A DNA stretch of 64,000 nt from Pocillopora damicornis (Eukaryota). Below, one piece after another: positions 35,011 through 49,532 of this stretch. The notes beneath the pieces were generated by a model. The model saw only the letters and a program-made list of their open reading frames with translations. It was not told where the DNA came from and did not search any database. A program made the translations under genes and the position numbers. The stretch spans positions 124,001 to 188,000 of the forward strand of contig NW_020846723.1 in assembly GCF_003704095.1 (NCBI RefSeq), in the 5' to 3' direction. Numbering within the stretch: the stretch's first letter is position 1; each line of letters starts with the position of its first letter.

Positions 35011-38000
35011 TCATCTTGCGGCTCCCAGGAGTTCCTGAATCTGTAAATAAACAAAATTCTTGCTTAAACTCAGTGCAACACAAGGTGTGTTGTTAAAATC
35101 AGAGAAATAATTTACAAAGCATTACGACGAAAGTGACCAGCACCCTTGCTCTCTTTTCTGTAAGAGAAAAAAAAGACGTCGAATTCTTGCTACTTTCCAA
35201 GGTGGGATGGTAGTCATTCCTACATCACCCAAAAGCCTTTTGCAAGGTCAGGCAAACAATTCCCCCTGCACCCGTTCATATTTATATTCCTCGACGGAAG
35301 GAGGCGAGGGAATACATTTCTCTTTCGTTGGAAAATGCAACATAATGATTTCGGGCATCACTTGAAGATTATAGAACTCAAGATTGAAATATAAATCACG
35401 AGCAAAACGATCAAAGAGTTCAACACTATACTCTCCGACAGTTCGAAGGTTGCATTTACAACAAATCACTGGAGTCTATGTTAAATTTTGCATATTTACC
35501 TGTTGTTTATACATGGATTTGACATCTTCCAAGTCCATTTTCAGTTCTTCAGCCTGCTCAGCTTTCTCACCGTACATTTGAAGCACGGCGTTATGACGTT
35601 GTTCAAGCTCCTAGGGAAATACCAAGTATCCCGGATATCAAAATTAAAAAGCACTCTTGCTTTCTACATACAAACTGTGTTACAAAATTATACCCTCACG
35701 GATTCCATGTGCCACTGAGCGGATCAACTAACAGTAGAGTGGATAAGATGGGAGGGGATATATCAATGTAGATTTGGTAAACCCAACCTACCTTGTATCG
35801 TGTTTGTAGGTCAGCTAAAAGTCTACTATCTTCCTCCAGACTCTCCATTTTCGAAGTGAGTGTCGCTAGTTCTTCTGTGACGGCATCGCGTGTTTTTTGT
35901 AGCGTAGTTATCTCTTCCTGTTACAAAAGACGTTCCCCTTTGTTAGTTAAAAAATAGATCCACATGTATTGTCCTCAGTGAAATTGCCTCGGATGTCTTA
36001 CAATTACTAAAAGCTAAAATAACTCGCCAGATCTAACATGCAATTTAGCATTATCAACTGAGTTGATAACGTAAATAGGCCACCGTAAAGAGTTTCAAAA
36101 CTGACGTTTCCAGCGTTAGCTCGGCCCCTTCGTCAGAGCGAATCCGAGACGAAGGGCTAATGCTCGAAAAGTCAGCTTTGAAACTCTTTACGGTGGTCTA
36201 TTTAAATCAACAACTCAGTTGATAATACTAAATTACCCTGTTATACTATCCCACCGACGCAGCACCTACCCCCTTTATTCAATTCAAACATGTCTTGTTT
36301 TACTGCGCATGGTTCTGGATGCATAATTCCCAAGCATCGAAGTTCCTATTGACTCGGCATTGCGTTCTCAACCCTTTTTCAAACGAACTTACTTACTTTC
36401 GACACATGACCGCTAACTACTATCAATGTAAATGGCAAGAAATGTCTCGTGCTTAGGGGCAACTTCGGGTCACCCAGTAAGAGACAGTATACGGTTGCAC
36501 ACAAAATGATACCTGTAAAAGTAGAATTTCGCCATCTTTTTGTTTGACCTGAGCCTGCAGTCTCTCGACCATGGCGGTGCCAGCTCCCATGATTCCCCTC
36601 GATATGCCATCAATAACACTACTGGTGCTACCCTGTCGTGGCCTGTGAGGGGAGGTAACGGGATTTTCGTCCTAAAGAACAGAACACAATAGCATGAAGT
36701 GTATTAATTATAAGTTAAGTAATACTCTTTCCACAAAGTTTCATTTAAAACGATAGAACTGGTAAAGTTCTCAATAGTTTTTGTTTCCTCGTATGAATAA
36801 GTAATCAAAGAGGATGTTTCGCTTTTACCGAAAGAGGGAAATTCACTGTTGGTTAATTTCTAGCGGATGGAGTAACAGTCCATGTACGATATGTGGAAAA
36901 TCGTGAAAGTGAATTTATTACACTAAACAGGAAAGACATTAGAGAAGTCATAAATTCTTCATTTCGTAAGATTACAAACCTGCGAAGAGTCGTCCCTGGC
37001 CGTGGGAGAGGGAGGTGCTCCTGAAATACTAGATTGTCGAAGTAAACTTCTCTCCTAAAAGAGAGCATCGTATAAAAAAACCTTGTTTAGTTAACGGATA
37101 GAGAATGTGCGAAGACTTAAAAAATCTCCTTCACATGTGAAATACAGTAAGATGTTGACAATCAAGGTCTATCTAAGACAAATCTCCTTTTTCACTAGTT
37201 ACAGACATTTCAGGGACTGTGTGCATTCTTCAAGGGGTAAAAGAGAAGTTATTTACAAGAGAAACATGTAATGAAATCATCGAAAAATCCTTAAAAATTC
37301 CTCTCGATTTTCTACACAAGACACTTTCGATAACACTGATGCGAACAGTTAGCCACATGTTAATCTAAAATGCAACTCAGGAGTTGAACATTTGACATCC
37401 AATTTGTCAAATTCAAAGACTTACTTTCTCTTCCATGGCGTGTTGAAACTTCTTCTTTTCTGTTTCCATTTTGCCTTTCTCTACGGCGAGTTGTTGTTCA
37501 AGTAAAGCCTTGAAGAACAAACATGACACGTGTTCAAAATGATTCGAGTGACTTATAACGAGATAAGCCCAGCATAAGTAGTAAAGTAATGGTTACAAAC
37601 TGCTAGCGACTTTTACCTTCTCCAAGTTGTTATCCTCCATCATTTTTCTGTATTTAATCTCCAATGCCTCTATCTTAGCAGTTTCCCTGAGCATATAAAC
37701 ACAAAGTTAGTTTATCTACACAAAAAAGTTTACTTCAACCCTGAAAATGTGACTCTAGGTACTATGCGTTTCCTGACCGCCAAAAATTACAGTTTTTTTC
37801 CATAAGAGGAAATTACCAGATTACACTTCATTTGCAATCTTCTCAGTAGTACTTGTACCTGCTTCTCGCTTCCTCAGCAGTTTCCAGTCTCGTTCGTTCC
37901 ATCTCCAATGTAGCCTCCAGTCGTGACTTGTCTTGTCGGTATGTCGCCAGCTGTGACTCCACAGCTGTCAAGCGGGAGTTCAACTCCAGCGCATGTTCTG

Positions 38001-41000
38001 TGGCTACGCGCTCCTTTTCCTGGGCCTCGGCTAGTTGAACCTGAGCCTCATCTGGTAGGAAAAGTAATTGTTCGAGAATAATCTGATAGACGCGGAGCCT
38101 CTTTCATGGAAACAATTATACTAAAAAATGTGTTTACAGCCTCAGTTCCAGTTCGATTTTCAGTAGAGAAATTTCAATCGCGTGAAGAAAGTACTACAAT
38201 TATGAATCAGGTTTGTTTCACTACGTTGTGTCAATGACAGATCTAGAAAAAAATCGTCTAGACTAATCGTAGGGAAAACTGGTTCCCAGCTAGGTTGTCC
38301 ACGTTTTCTCATTTAGGTAGTGTATGTACGGTATTTGCCACGTATTGATGTTAGCTTTGTTCTGATCGGCTGTGTGATAGATGAGACGTTGATTGCACGA
38401 CACTAAACTCAATGAGTAACTGGCAATATATTTTCATATTCGAAAGCTTTGCATGGTAAGAGGCAATGTTCTATCGGTCCAACTTTTCATAAGTTAAAAC
38501 TGTTATGATAAATGAAGGGTTAAAAATAAAGGGTTCACTCACTAAGCCTCTCCGTTAAATTCCTCTCCACTCTTTCCCAAGTTTGCGTGTGATTTCCATA
38601 GCTGCTCTGTAGGTTCTCAATCTGCCTTAATAGTGGTCTTGTTGCTATGGGTTGGTAAGTCGAAAGGAAGAACAAGAAGTTAGTGTCAAAATGTGCTTCA
38701 TTCTGTACTTACTCCTCCCTCCAGAAGTTTTTACGCAGATGTTATGAGAAAAATTATATTCAATCACATTCAAGTTACCGTAAGAGACACTTTCAGTGAG
38801 TTCCTGGTTACGAGCTTCTGCTTCCTGTAACCTCTGTATGAGGAGAAAAATGATTGTTTGAACCGTTTTCAACAGGAAATTTAACAAGAAATACAAATCT
38901 AAACGTGTTCAAACAATCCACCACTTCTTCCAATTCGTATTTTCTCTTCAGGATGGCGAACAATGTTTACAACATCACCGTTATCGGAAAAGTGCATCCA
39001 ATTCAAGATCCTCAAAAAGGCTATGCAGTAAGTGGGGGTCCTTTTGGTTAAAATCAACACTAAAATGAAACTTTATTTTCCCATAATCCACAAATCAAAA
39101 AGCACCAAAAGTGAATGTTTTTCTAATCTCGTAGAATTAACGTGACTCCGCAAACTTCCATGCTTCTACCGACTGTTTTGCTTAGTTGCACTGACAACTA
39201 AGTCACAATCGGTCAAAACCATTTTTTTTTTCTACATCAGTTGACAATTAGAAACAAATTTCTGCAAACATTGTACATTTCCGTTAAAACTACGTGGATT
39301 CCATGTTTTTGGCTAAAATGCAATAACACAGCTCTTTCCGGCCATCTGAAATTATTGAATTAAGATTGATAAGTCTTAGGCTCAGTGCAGACCTTTCCAT
39401 AAGTCTTGAATCATACAATTTGTCGTCGTTTTTGTTATTATTCTTAAATCAAACCTGTTGTAGATCACTTATTTCTTGACGTAGATTGTCTTCTCTTCTA
39501 CTGGCCTGCTGTTCAGCCCGACGCAGTCCAGTTTGAAGGTCACTGATCTAAAACAGTAACCACGCAGAAAGACAGTCGGTAAATTCATAAATAAAGGTAA
39601 TTGAACTTAGAGGAGTGAAAATTGGTCTGAAATCATAATGCTTGATTTGAAATAACAAGTATCATTTCGGACCAAAACTGTACTCCCCTCAGTTCAGTTA
39701 CCACTTCATTACATCCATTTTGAAATCGAAAAATTGAGTTGCTCAGATACAGGATGTTTAGTCTGTAAAAATGTTTTGTTGATCCAGTGGTGAGCAGGTT
39801 TGTAGAAAGTTGCAAATTGAAGCTGTTATTTTCCTACGATTTCATTGGTTTCTTTAATCAAGCAATTGGTTGTTGTATCCTAGTAAAGTTTCTTAAACGG
39901 CTGGGAAAAAGATGCCATTGAGAGGTAAAAAATGGTGGGATTCGTACATAAATCACACCAATGGGAGCCAATCAGATTACAAGGATCACCAGTGATTTCA
40001 AAATGAATGTAAAAAATCAATCAATCTATCAAATGGTCGGTCAGTGGACTTAGTGGGTGAGTGAATGAGTTAGTGCGTCGGTCCTTCTAATTATCCGTCC
40101 GTCCGTCAGCCAGTCAATCAGTCAGTACACCAAGATAATTTTGGTTTTATCAACTGAGTTGATAATTTAAATTGGCCACCTTAAAGAGTTTAAAAGCTGA
40201 CGTTACGAGCGTTAGCCCTTCATAATTCACTCTAACGAAGAGCTAACGCTCGAAAAGTTAGCTTTGAAACTCTTTACTATGGCCAATTTACATCATCAAT
40301 TTAGTTAATAAAATCAAAATTCTCTTGTTATACTCCCCCACCGACGCAGCACCACAGTTTCTTTCAAAACTTATCCTCTTTACTTAATAAACCGGTCCAT
40401 GGATCAATCAGTGAAGAGCACCCTCCATGTACCTAACATAAATGATTTGAATACCTGGAATTCTAATGCCTCCGTTTCACTCTTAAACTGTCTTTCTTTT
40501 TTCTCCATTGCAATCCGTAGACCTTCCTTTGCAGTCATTTCAGCACTGAGAGCAGCTTCCTGAGAATGAAAATCACGAACTTTTACTGATAATTTTTAGA
40601 GAACAGTATATTTATCAGTGCAGTACTGCTAATAAGAATGTCTATTTTCTGACTCAGATCTTCATCTGGAATTCAGTGACTGTCGTTGTTGGGCAGCTAC
40701 AGCCTTCATTCGTTTCGAAACTTTCGTTTGTAAGATCACACTACACAAACTACATGAAGAAAATTTAGTGCACGTTATACATCATTCAATTTCCAGACAA
40801 AAACAATTGGAATGAAATATCTCACACTTAGTTTTTCTGAAATGAAACTTCTCGTATTCTTGTGAGATTCTCATTTGAAGCGCAGAATGCCAGAAACAAA
40901 AACGTGAATTTGGAGCAAGACAGGAAGCTAAATGCGCCACTTACCTGTACTGCGCTATCTTTAGAAGCATTTTCTTTGTGTAGGTCTGCCAATTGCCTGC

Positions 41001-44000
41001 AGAAAAAATAATCAAAAGTTGCTGAAAGCGTGTGATAATAGCTCTCTTTCCTCTTATCCATTCCACAATGAAATATTCAATAAATTGACATGATACATTA
41101 CCCTGGTTAGTCTGCATCCAAAAGATAAACGTATGCAAATATCACTTTTTGTCGCCGTATATGACGAGTGCTTTTAAAGTTTCCAGAATTGAATTAAGGG
41201 CTTCAAACGGTATTGTTAGTTAATTCTGAAAATCTTGGTCCGGCAAATCATGAACCTTTGAAAGTTGTGATCCAAACTTAGATTCTTTTTCTGTATTCCT
41301 TACGAATGTCAGAAAAAAACTTGTTACTCAGTTTCAAAGAAAGGTTTGAGATTTTCATAGGTTTCAAGAATCTCTCAAACTAGCAGGGGTCAGATTTTAC
41401 CAAATACTTTTAAAAAAAAGAGGAATTCTACCATCATTACATAGCCTCCCCTAAACATTGGGAGAGGAGGAAAGTGAGTTGAAATGGCAGGTTTGCACGA
41501 TTGTAAAAAGAATTATCATTCGCTCCAATTGTTTTCATGGTACTAACTTGTAAGCATTGTCCAGTGCAGCTTGCATACTTCTAATCTTCTCCGCTGAATC
41601 ATCTAATTCAGACTATAATGAGCAAAAGTATAGGAATTAGAGACATCACATCATTATCATGCCCAAGGGGATTTCTATGTGATAAATAGGGCCTGGGTGC
41701 TTGAAGACCCCAGACGAAACCAGTGTGGGTACAGCTAGAAACTTATAATTTAAATGGTATGGCAGATGTTCTCGTTGACATGGCACCCACTACATTTGTA
41801 GTCGGATCATATGATCTTTTTTGAGCGGAAACCTGGAAACCTATACTTACAACCGCCGTGAGTTGGTTTCATTGAAATTTATTTAATCCTTATTTATCAT
41901 TTCAAAACCACTGAAAATTATCATTATGTGCTTAATGGAAAAGGAAATAACATGCAATGATAAAAACTTAGAAAAAATAAGGGTACAGCTGAGACAGCCA
42001 AAAATTTCTCATTGATGTCAACCTCCAAAACAATTTAGTGTCCTCCTCTCTTTATGTCTAAAACCCTCAAAAATACCTTAAAGCTCAGTATTGCACCGTA
42101 CATCCTGAGCATAAAAATCACGTAATCAGGGGAATAAGTGCGCACGCATTCCGAGAACAAGGTATTGTTTTTTGTCAACCAATGGATCAACTAAAGAGGT
42201 GCGATGGTCTTCAGCTGTTGAACGAGCACGGTGGCCCATATTTTTAACAGCATTATTTTGGTGTACAATTTATCCCCTTTAAATTGGAGAAATTTAAAAA
42301 TAAAATTTATCGAAGGGAAAAAAGGATATACATGAAGCGTATATGAAGGCCCGTTACTCGAAGATGCAAATGACCTTGAAAGCAACGACTAGAGGAACAA
42401 TTTAAGTCGATGCCGTCTAAAATTGAATGATTTTTTCCACATATTGTATATCGAATTGTTCCATACGCTCGAGACTTTCTAACTATGAAGTGTTTCTTTA
42501 AAAACACTTGCTTCCAACTACCGCAGAAATATACCATGAACCGATGAAATGACGCGCGTGATAAATGCCAGTAAAGGCATAAATGGGGTAAGTTTGGCCC
42601 CATCATATCTCTTAAACAAGCACAATGACCTATCTTCTTTTACCCCAACACGCAATGATTAACTTCTCTTTCCATCTACTAGGAAGTTCCTTCCTCTGCA
42701 CTATTTTGACTGTCGCATTACGTTGACTTTGCTGGAAAGCTCACCTTCAGTTTGCTAACTTGTGTGTCTTGCTTTTCAACATAGCTATTGAGTTGCGTTA
42801 TGGCATCTGAAAAGCAGAATTACCTTGGTGAAATTTCTTGAACATTGCAGTTAGAAGCCTATAATTACCTTAAGGTAGAGTAATGGTTAAGGCAGTCTGG
42901 AGAGGTGAAAAGTGTGACAAGAGGCAAGCACTACCTGCTTGTTTTCTCTCTGTTTCTTCCTTAACCTTCAGGATTTCAGTCAGTCTGGTATTTTCAGCTG
43001 TCATTTCCTCCAATAATTTGCTGTAAACAAAAAATTGAGAGATGAAGTATGAGTGACAATTGGGCTCACAGAAAAGGATAGCCAAAAAAAAAAAGATTCT
43101 GGACAAAATTGTGATTTGTCTTCAGATGAAGACGTTTGGGTAAACCTACTAAAAGAGGAGACTTAGCCTCCTAGGTGCTAATGCAGAAATTTGGGTAAAC
43201 AGTCTTGCATCTCTTGTTGAGCAGTATTAAATTGATTGTTGATGATGATGATAATGGTGAAAAAAAATTATATAATTGACCAAGCTTCTCTAGACTAGCA
43301 CATGGAATAGCTTGGAAAAAGGTCTGTGCAGAACTGAAGGGTTACAATAGCAGTAAAGACAGCAATTCCTCATCTTTATAAACCCCCTAGGATTGTTAAA
43401 TCATTTGATTATTCAAGTACACTTGTTTACCTATTTTTCTTGATCAGTGCATCATTCTCCTTTTCCTTACTTCTCAGTTTCTTGACAATATTGTTGCTTT
43501 GAAGTTGCTGTTTAGACAATTTTTCACCTGTTGAAATTCCAGAAAAATAATCCTCCTTACTAACTGACTACAAGATGCAAACCTCAGGCTAGGGGATATT
43601 TAAACTGAATGTACACTGAAGAGATAAACAAAGAACAGTGGCTACAACTAGTTAAACAACAAAAATGCAAACTTTGTTATGTCTTGGCCTGATCCATGAT
43701 TCATAAGATGTCATGGTTTAAAAGTTTGTGAATCTGGGTGAATTTCTGTGAAAACCATTGCCAGAAATGTGTTCAGATTCAAATGATTTGGTTGAAACCA
43801 GAAACATGCTTTGAAATAGAGACACTCGAACATATATTGGAGAAATGGAAAATTATCATTACCATCACCATCAGGAAAGACTTGAATTGTAGTTGCTCAG
43901 ATAAAAAGGCAGGGTTGGGGCTATACATGATCAGTACCTTTCAGTAAGAATTATCATGCAAAGGGTAGAACTTTTCAATTTTTTATCTTATATTTCTCCT

Positions 44001-47000
44001 CAATCTCATGTGTGTTCTCACACTCATTTGCCCAGTTACAAAACAATGTACTTCTTTACCTTAAATACCAGCTACATTTAAGTATGCAAAAATCACCTTC
44101 TTCTAGTAACTGAGAAATTTGATCATCTTTTTCCTTGAGTAGGGTTGTAAACTCTTCAGATTGCTGCTCATTCCTATTTCATGAAGCCAGCAAAAAGCTT
44201 TAGCAATAAGTGCATATGTTTTCGTTCAATATTTCACTTGGATTAAAGTGTTCAAATCCTGTTTAATCAGTGTTTACCTCCATTTTGGACAGTCAAAATG
44301 ACTAAACAAAGAGGGGGAAATAGTAACCAAACTGGTTTGAAAAATTTCAACCTAGTGTGCCTAGAGCAAAGTTTTGTGTGAGGCTTCAAACCATTAATTA
44401 CAGAATCAAGAAAAACCATGTGGCTTTGCTGCAAACAAAACCACCAGCAATCAGGCTTCTTTCAATTAAGGAAAATTTTGAACCATTTATAAGTCAGAGG
44501 AGTGTTCAATTCCTGTAGTACAAAATACAGAATCAGAATTCTTCAAAAACTATGACAGACTCTCTCAAAATGTGCTACAACATTCCATAATTATCATCAA
44601 ACCATGAATAATATAAAAGTGGCTCAGAAAACTTCAAACAGACTATTCAGAACCAAGAAAATTTTACAATAAAATCTAATTGAAATTTACAGTTTTACTT
44701 GTAAACAAAAAAACATTTTTCAATATTTTATAAATCTTTGTCTACACCAAGTCAGCTGTTACCTAACAGAGATGTCAGGGTTCTCCCCACCCTAATATTA
44801 ATCCCTGTGTTATCAGTATTTACAATAGAAAAAAAAAAGGTTTAGAGCTTAACTGACTTTGAGGACAAAGAATTTTCAGTCTCTTCTAAAAGTGCCCTTA
44901 ACTGATCCCGTTCCTGATAATAAATGAAAGAAAACACATTGAACCATTAGCTACTAACATGAGATACATTACAGTACCCAAGTTCAGTACAAACATGAAT
45001 GCACCATTACAAGCAATTTATTATGATAGAACAAGATTGGAAATGAAACAAAATGAATTACTCTCTACAAGGATTGTAGAATAAGAAAATTACATGTTCA
45101 ATGAAGGAACATCATTGTGAAGTAAAAAGTTCTAAAGATTGAGCAGTCATAATACCTTTGCCGCAGCTTGAAATTTCTTCTCTGTGGCAGCAACTCGAAC
45201 AGTGAACTCTTTTCTCACTTCCTCAATTTCCTCATCCTCTTCCCTAAATGCATCTTCAGCTTGTTTCAGCTGACTGAGGGTAAGAAATAAGTTGCATTAT
45301 ATTTTTTTCATACATGCTACAACATACCCTACCATATGCAAACTTGACATTACATCAAAGGAATAACTTCTACCTAATAAGTTAGAGTGTTCTCATGATC
45401 TGTTTTCTGAATAATGTATGGATATTATTCACTTCTAGGAGTTATTGGGTTAATGGAATTTTCATCCAGGAAGACTTTCCTTGACATCATAGTGTCTTCT
45501 GTTTCCAGTTTTATCCTTCCCAGGAACTTTGCCATTTAGTCCTGGGTCCAAGAGGAGAAGATCTTGATATCTCAGTAAGTGTCAGATTTTAGTATTTACC
45601 ACCCATCATATAGATGGCATCTACCGTAAATTTGCCATTAGGTAAAGCTAAGTTCTCACTTGACACACAACTCATGCAAGAAATATGCACTACCCCAAAC
45701 CTTTGGCTTCAGAGAATGGCAAAAAACAAGTCAAAACCTGAAATGATAGTTTGCATTTATTTGTGTATAATTGCTTGCAAATATTTTGCTTGTGCTTATG
45801 CTAGTCCTTCATTCCTTGGTATCCTCAACATTCCAACAATCTTTTTCTTAATTCTGAGTCTCATCCCTGAAAAGTACTCTATACAATGATAGTATAGCAA
45901 ACCTCCTCAGTACAGCACATGTTTCTTGAAGGTCAATATTTTCTTTGCTAACTTCAACCAGCTTATTCTCACGTACTTCAATCACATGCTTGAGGCTACA
46001 AATTTCCTGTAAACAGGGTAAAAAAAGATTCCACAAATATCCAGGACTGGGGATTATTAAAATATTATCCTTCTTTATAGAGGAATTACCCTAATTTAAT
46101 CAAAGGCATCTTGCTGGGAAGCAGATGAAGGTTATTACTGATAATTAAGACAGAATTCTAACAATAAAGTATTTAACCCTTTAACTCCCATGATGTGTTT
46201 GTCAATTCTCCCCTTAGACTGATACACAATCCCACATAAATTAGTTACAAGAATGTGGTGTTAGATCAAGATAACAACTCCTTCCTGATGAGTTTAAGTA
46301 TTCTCATTACTTGTTTGCTGGATAATGTTTAGATATAATGGGGAGAAGTTACATGTTTGTCTCTAATGGGAGTTAAAGGGTTAACTAAAATAAATGATTA
46401 TATAAACAAAGTTTGGATCTGTAGTTTACTCACATTTTGCAGCTCTTCTATTTTCCTCTTTGTGTCTTCTGTGCTTTCAGTAGAATTAGGATCATCTCCC
46501 ATCACATACATCTTCTCTTGCCTTTTTTCATCTGGAATTAAAAAATAACAGCAAAAGAATAGTGTTGTGGTGTCAGATTGGCCCAAAGCTACATTCACAT
46601 AACCAGTAAGTAACTAAATATAGCCTGTCTCTCCTATAATTATCAAAATTAATGATCAGTTGTGTACATTGAGCAATGAGGAATTTTGATCACTTGGAAA
46701 ATTAACATTTGGCTACTGTAGGTCAACAATAACAAGTTTAAATCCTCCCTGGTGCTAATCATCATCAAGGAATAACAAAAAGACCTAATGCTCTCTTTCT
46801 CCTGAGTTCATATGAATAAGTCTACAGTAGGTAAAAAAGACTAAGAAGACGCCCTCGGACAGCTGGTTAAATAATGAACATCCTCATATACTATACACCT
46901 ACCATGTACTTCTAATCTACAGAGAGCCCTAAAATTAGTTACTCATAATTTGCAGTTCAAAGGTACCTCTGATGTACTAATTACTGCTGTCTCTTGGGCA

Positions 47001-49532
47001 ACAACAATCTGTGATGACAAAGGCAGCAAGAAAGATACCACTGACATTTCCAAAACACTCTGCTCACTAATCAATGTGTACTTTTCACTTACCATCATTT
47101 GTACTTGGCTGTTGTGATGACAACATATCGACCACCTTTCCTGTTTCAGGATGTATGCAAGTATGTTCTTGAACTTCCTGTTGTGATTTGTCCTCCAACA
47201 ATCTTTTATCTTGAACAACAGATGCAGCTTCTGCAAACAATTCTACTACATTTTCTGACAATGTGTTGCTTTCTTTGCTCTGCGGAATTGGAGATTCTGG
47301 ATTACATGAATATGCTTGTAGGTCTCCCTTGTCATTTGAAGCTTCTTCGTGTTCATCAGTAGGTTCCATTTCAGGTTTCATTGCTGTACCTAGTGATGTG
47401 AATTTCTGCTCCTTAGCATAGTGTTTTGGTGTTGAACTAGCCACAGGTTTAACACTTTCTTGTAGATTTTGTACAGCTTCCTCATGTTTAATTTCTCCCA
47501 CAACATTGTTTCCTGTTGAATTTTTAAGCAATGACTGAGAAATGTCGGAGCTATCCACATCAGGAGCTTTTTCACCAGTTTCAACTGAGATAGTAAAACC
47601 ATCTGTCTTTTCAGAATAGTCCAGTTCATTCTCATTTGCATCAGGTGAATCTGTATTATTTTGAAGTGGAATAGACTGCACAGTTTCTGTACTAAGGTGT
47701 TCATTCACAGACTCTGATTTATCATCAGGTGTTTTGTCATGTTCAACAATCAATGCATCTTGCTCAACATTTTCAATATTGTTCTTGCACACATTATTTT
47801 CAGTGCTAAGTACTTCTTTATTCTCTTTTCTACTCTTACTGGTAGATGAACGTTTTGATTGCTGTGATTTCAATTTGCTCCCTCTTAGAGCAGGCATAAC
47901 AGGTGACTTGTGTGTATTCAACTCTCCCTTTCCAGGACTTTCTGTAAGTTCCTTAGCCTCTTGAAAATTGACAGCCACAGTGCTATTTTTATCCGGTTCA
48001 GAAATGTCCCACCCAACATTTGCCAAATCTTCCCTCACAGGTAATGAAGTCTGGGGTGCTTGGGATTGCTCACTTGATCTTGTACTAGTGTCAGTCACAC
48101 TGTTCTTCTTACTCTGATGTTTTAATGCTCTTGGCAAATTGTCTTCATCTTTCAATATTTTAGCATCCTCACTGTCCTGTCTGTCAACACTGTTTTTCAT
48201 TTTTCCACCACTTATTCGGGAACCAAGTTTCTGTCCACTAGCTCTACGATTTGATGTTTTGGATTCTGTTGCAGCTGAGGAAAAGGAATCGCCAAGGAAG
48301 GATGACCAAAATGAATTCCCATCACTTTCACCATCCTTTGAATTGTCCACATCTGAAGATGTTTTCCTTGCTGATTTTGAGGCAGAATGCCCAGATAAAG
48401 CAGAAGATGATTTTTTACGTGTTAAATTATCCTTTGAAGACGTGCCTGAGGACAATGATGGGGAAGACTTTGGTGCACTTGAGGCTGAATTGAAACAATG
48501 AAAACAATGTATATTAGAGTAATTGAACAAATTTTCTTTCTTAATACTTAAATTGCAACATAACTTATAAACAAGAAAGACTCTACAACTGCACTTCTCA
48601 ACTAAAATCTGTTTCCTGATTAAAGGAGAATGTATTGTGTACTGTGGGTCAAAACCAACTAACTCCTATGGGAAATAACAGATTCACAGGAGTGTGTGTC
48701 AGCCTGCACTGATAAAAAAAATTGCAGGTTGCAAATTTCCAAACAAGTGCTGAAAGAGAAATTCAACAGGACAAGACCTCAAAATCTACTGATTAAGAGA
48801 AGGTGTACTCATGATTTTTCACTAAAATTTTCTTGAGAACTTGATTTTTCAATTTCAATCAAGACTTGTATTATTTTGCAATTGAGCCATAAAGTAATAC
48901 TCACATATAATGTCTTATTTTTAATTGAGAGGTAAAACAAAATTTGTAATGATGGGTTCCAGAGGATTCAGGTAGTTTTTCCCTTGACCCTTAGTGTTGC
49001 CCTAAGTGCTCATTTGAGGTCTCAGGGAACAAAATACAATGTTTCCTCTGAGGGTTTATCATTACTCACTCAGATTTACAGTTGATTTGCCACCATAACA
49101 AACTCTCACTCTGACTTTTTCGTTATATGTAGCCTGTCATATGAAGCTCACATTAAATGAGAGCTAAGATGTAGTAGTACATTGCAAAATGCTAAAGTTT
49201 TATTCCACTTAACGATTAGCGTTCCATAATCGAGAGGCTACACATAACTTCTGTGTTCCTTTCCCTTTTCACAATATACTACTACATCTTAACCTTTCAC
49301 TCCCCTAGTCTAGGATAGCATTGGGCCCAAGCTTCAACGCTCCAACAACAGTATACAAAGTATATGCAAACTTATCAAATAAATAACTAAGGATAAAATT
49401 ACCCGAAGATTTTGAAGCGGCACTGTTTGTTTCATCTTGTTCGATATCCAAAACCCTGTCGATGGATTTTTGTGCTTGAGATAAAGCTGTTTTAGCGAAA
49501 GATGAAAACCCCGAAGGATCAAACCAGCTCAT
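35011..49532 (-). CDS. TMF1: TATA element modulatory factor 1 (golgin, Rab6 effector), ~24 exons with a large low-complexity exon 2 (~47091-48487)
   Basis: N-terminus MSWFDPSGFSSFAKTALSQAQKSIDRVLDI; internal EGEKLSKQQLQSNNIVKKLR, EAEARNQEL and RPLLRQIENLQ; C-terminus EQRHNAVLQMYGEKAEQAEELKMDLEDVKSMYKQQ/IQELLGAAR*. Confidence 0.93.
36043..36285. repeat. Palindromic repeat (~95-bp arms plus tail) with hammerhead-like cores; Penelope-LTR-like
   Basis: Arms ATCAACTGAGTTGATAA..CCACCGTAAAGAGTTTCAAA / TTTGAAACTCTTTACGGTGG..AACTCAGTTGATAA; tail CCCACCGACGCAGCACC; second copy at ~40147-40385. Confidence 0.75.
40147..40385. repeat. Second, more decayed copy of the palindromic hammerhead-like repeat
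   Basis: Same arms and the same CCCACCGACGCAGCACCACAG tail as the 36043 copy. Confidence 0.7.
46173..46384. mobile_element. piggyBac-type MITE, complete copy
   Basis: Perfect inverted ends TTAACCCTTTAACTCCCAT ... ATGGGAGTTAAAGGGTTAA (TTAA target site plus CCC/GGG termini); no ORF. Confidence 0.8.

Noticed and set aside
47099-48501. Several 76-120 aa ORFs overlapping TMF1 exon 2, and similar ones over RPL3, the GPCR and formin exons
   Set aside because: Antisense or alternate-frame shadows of real exons with no independent coding signal.
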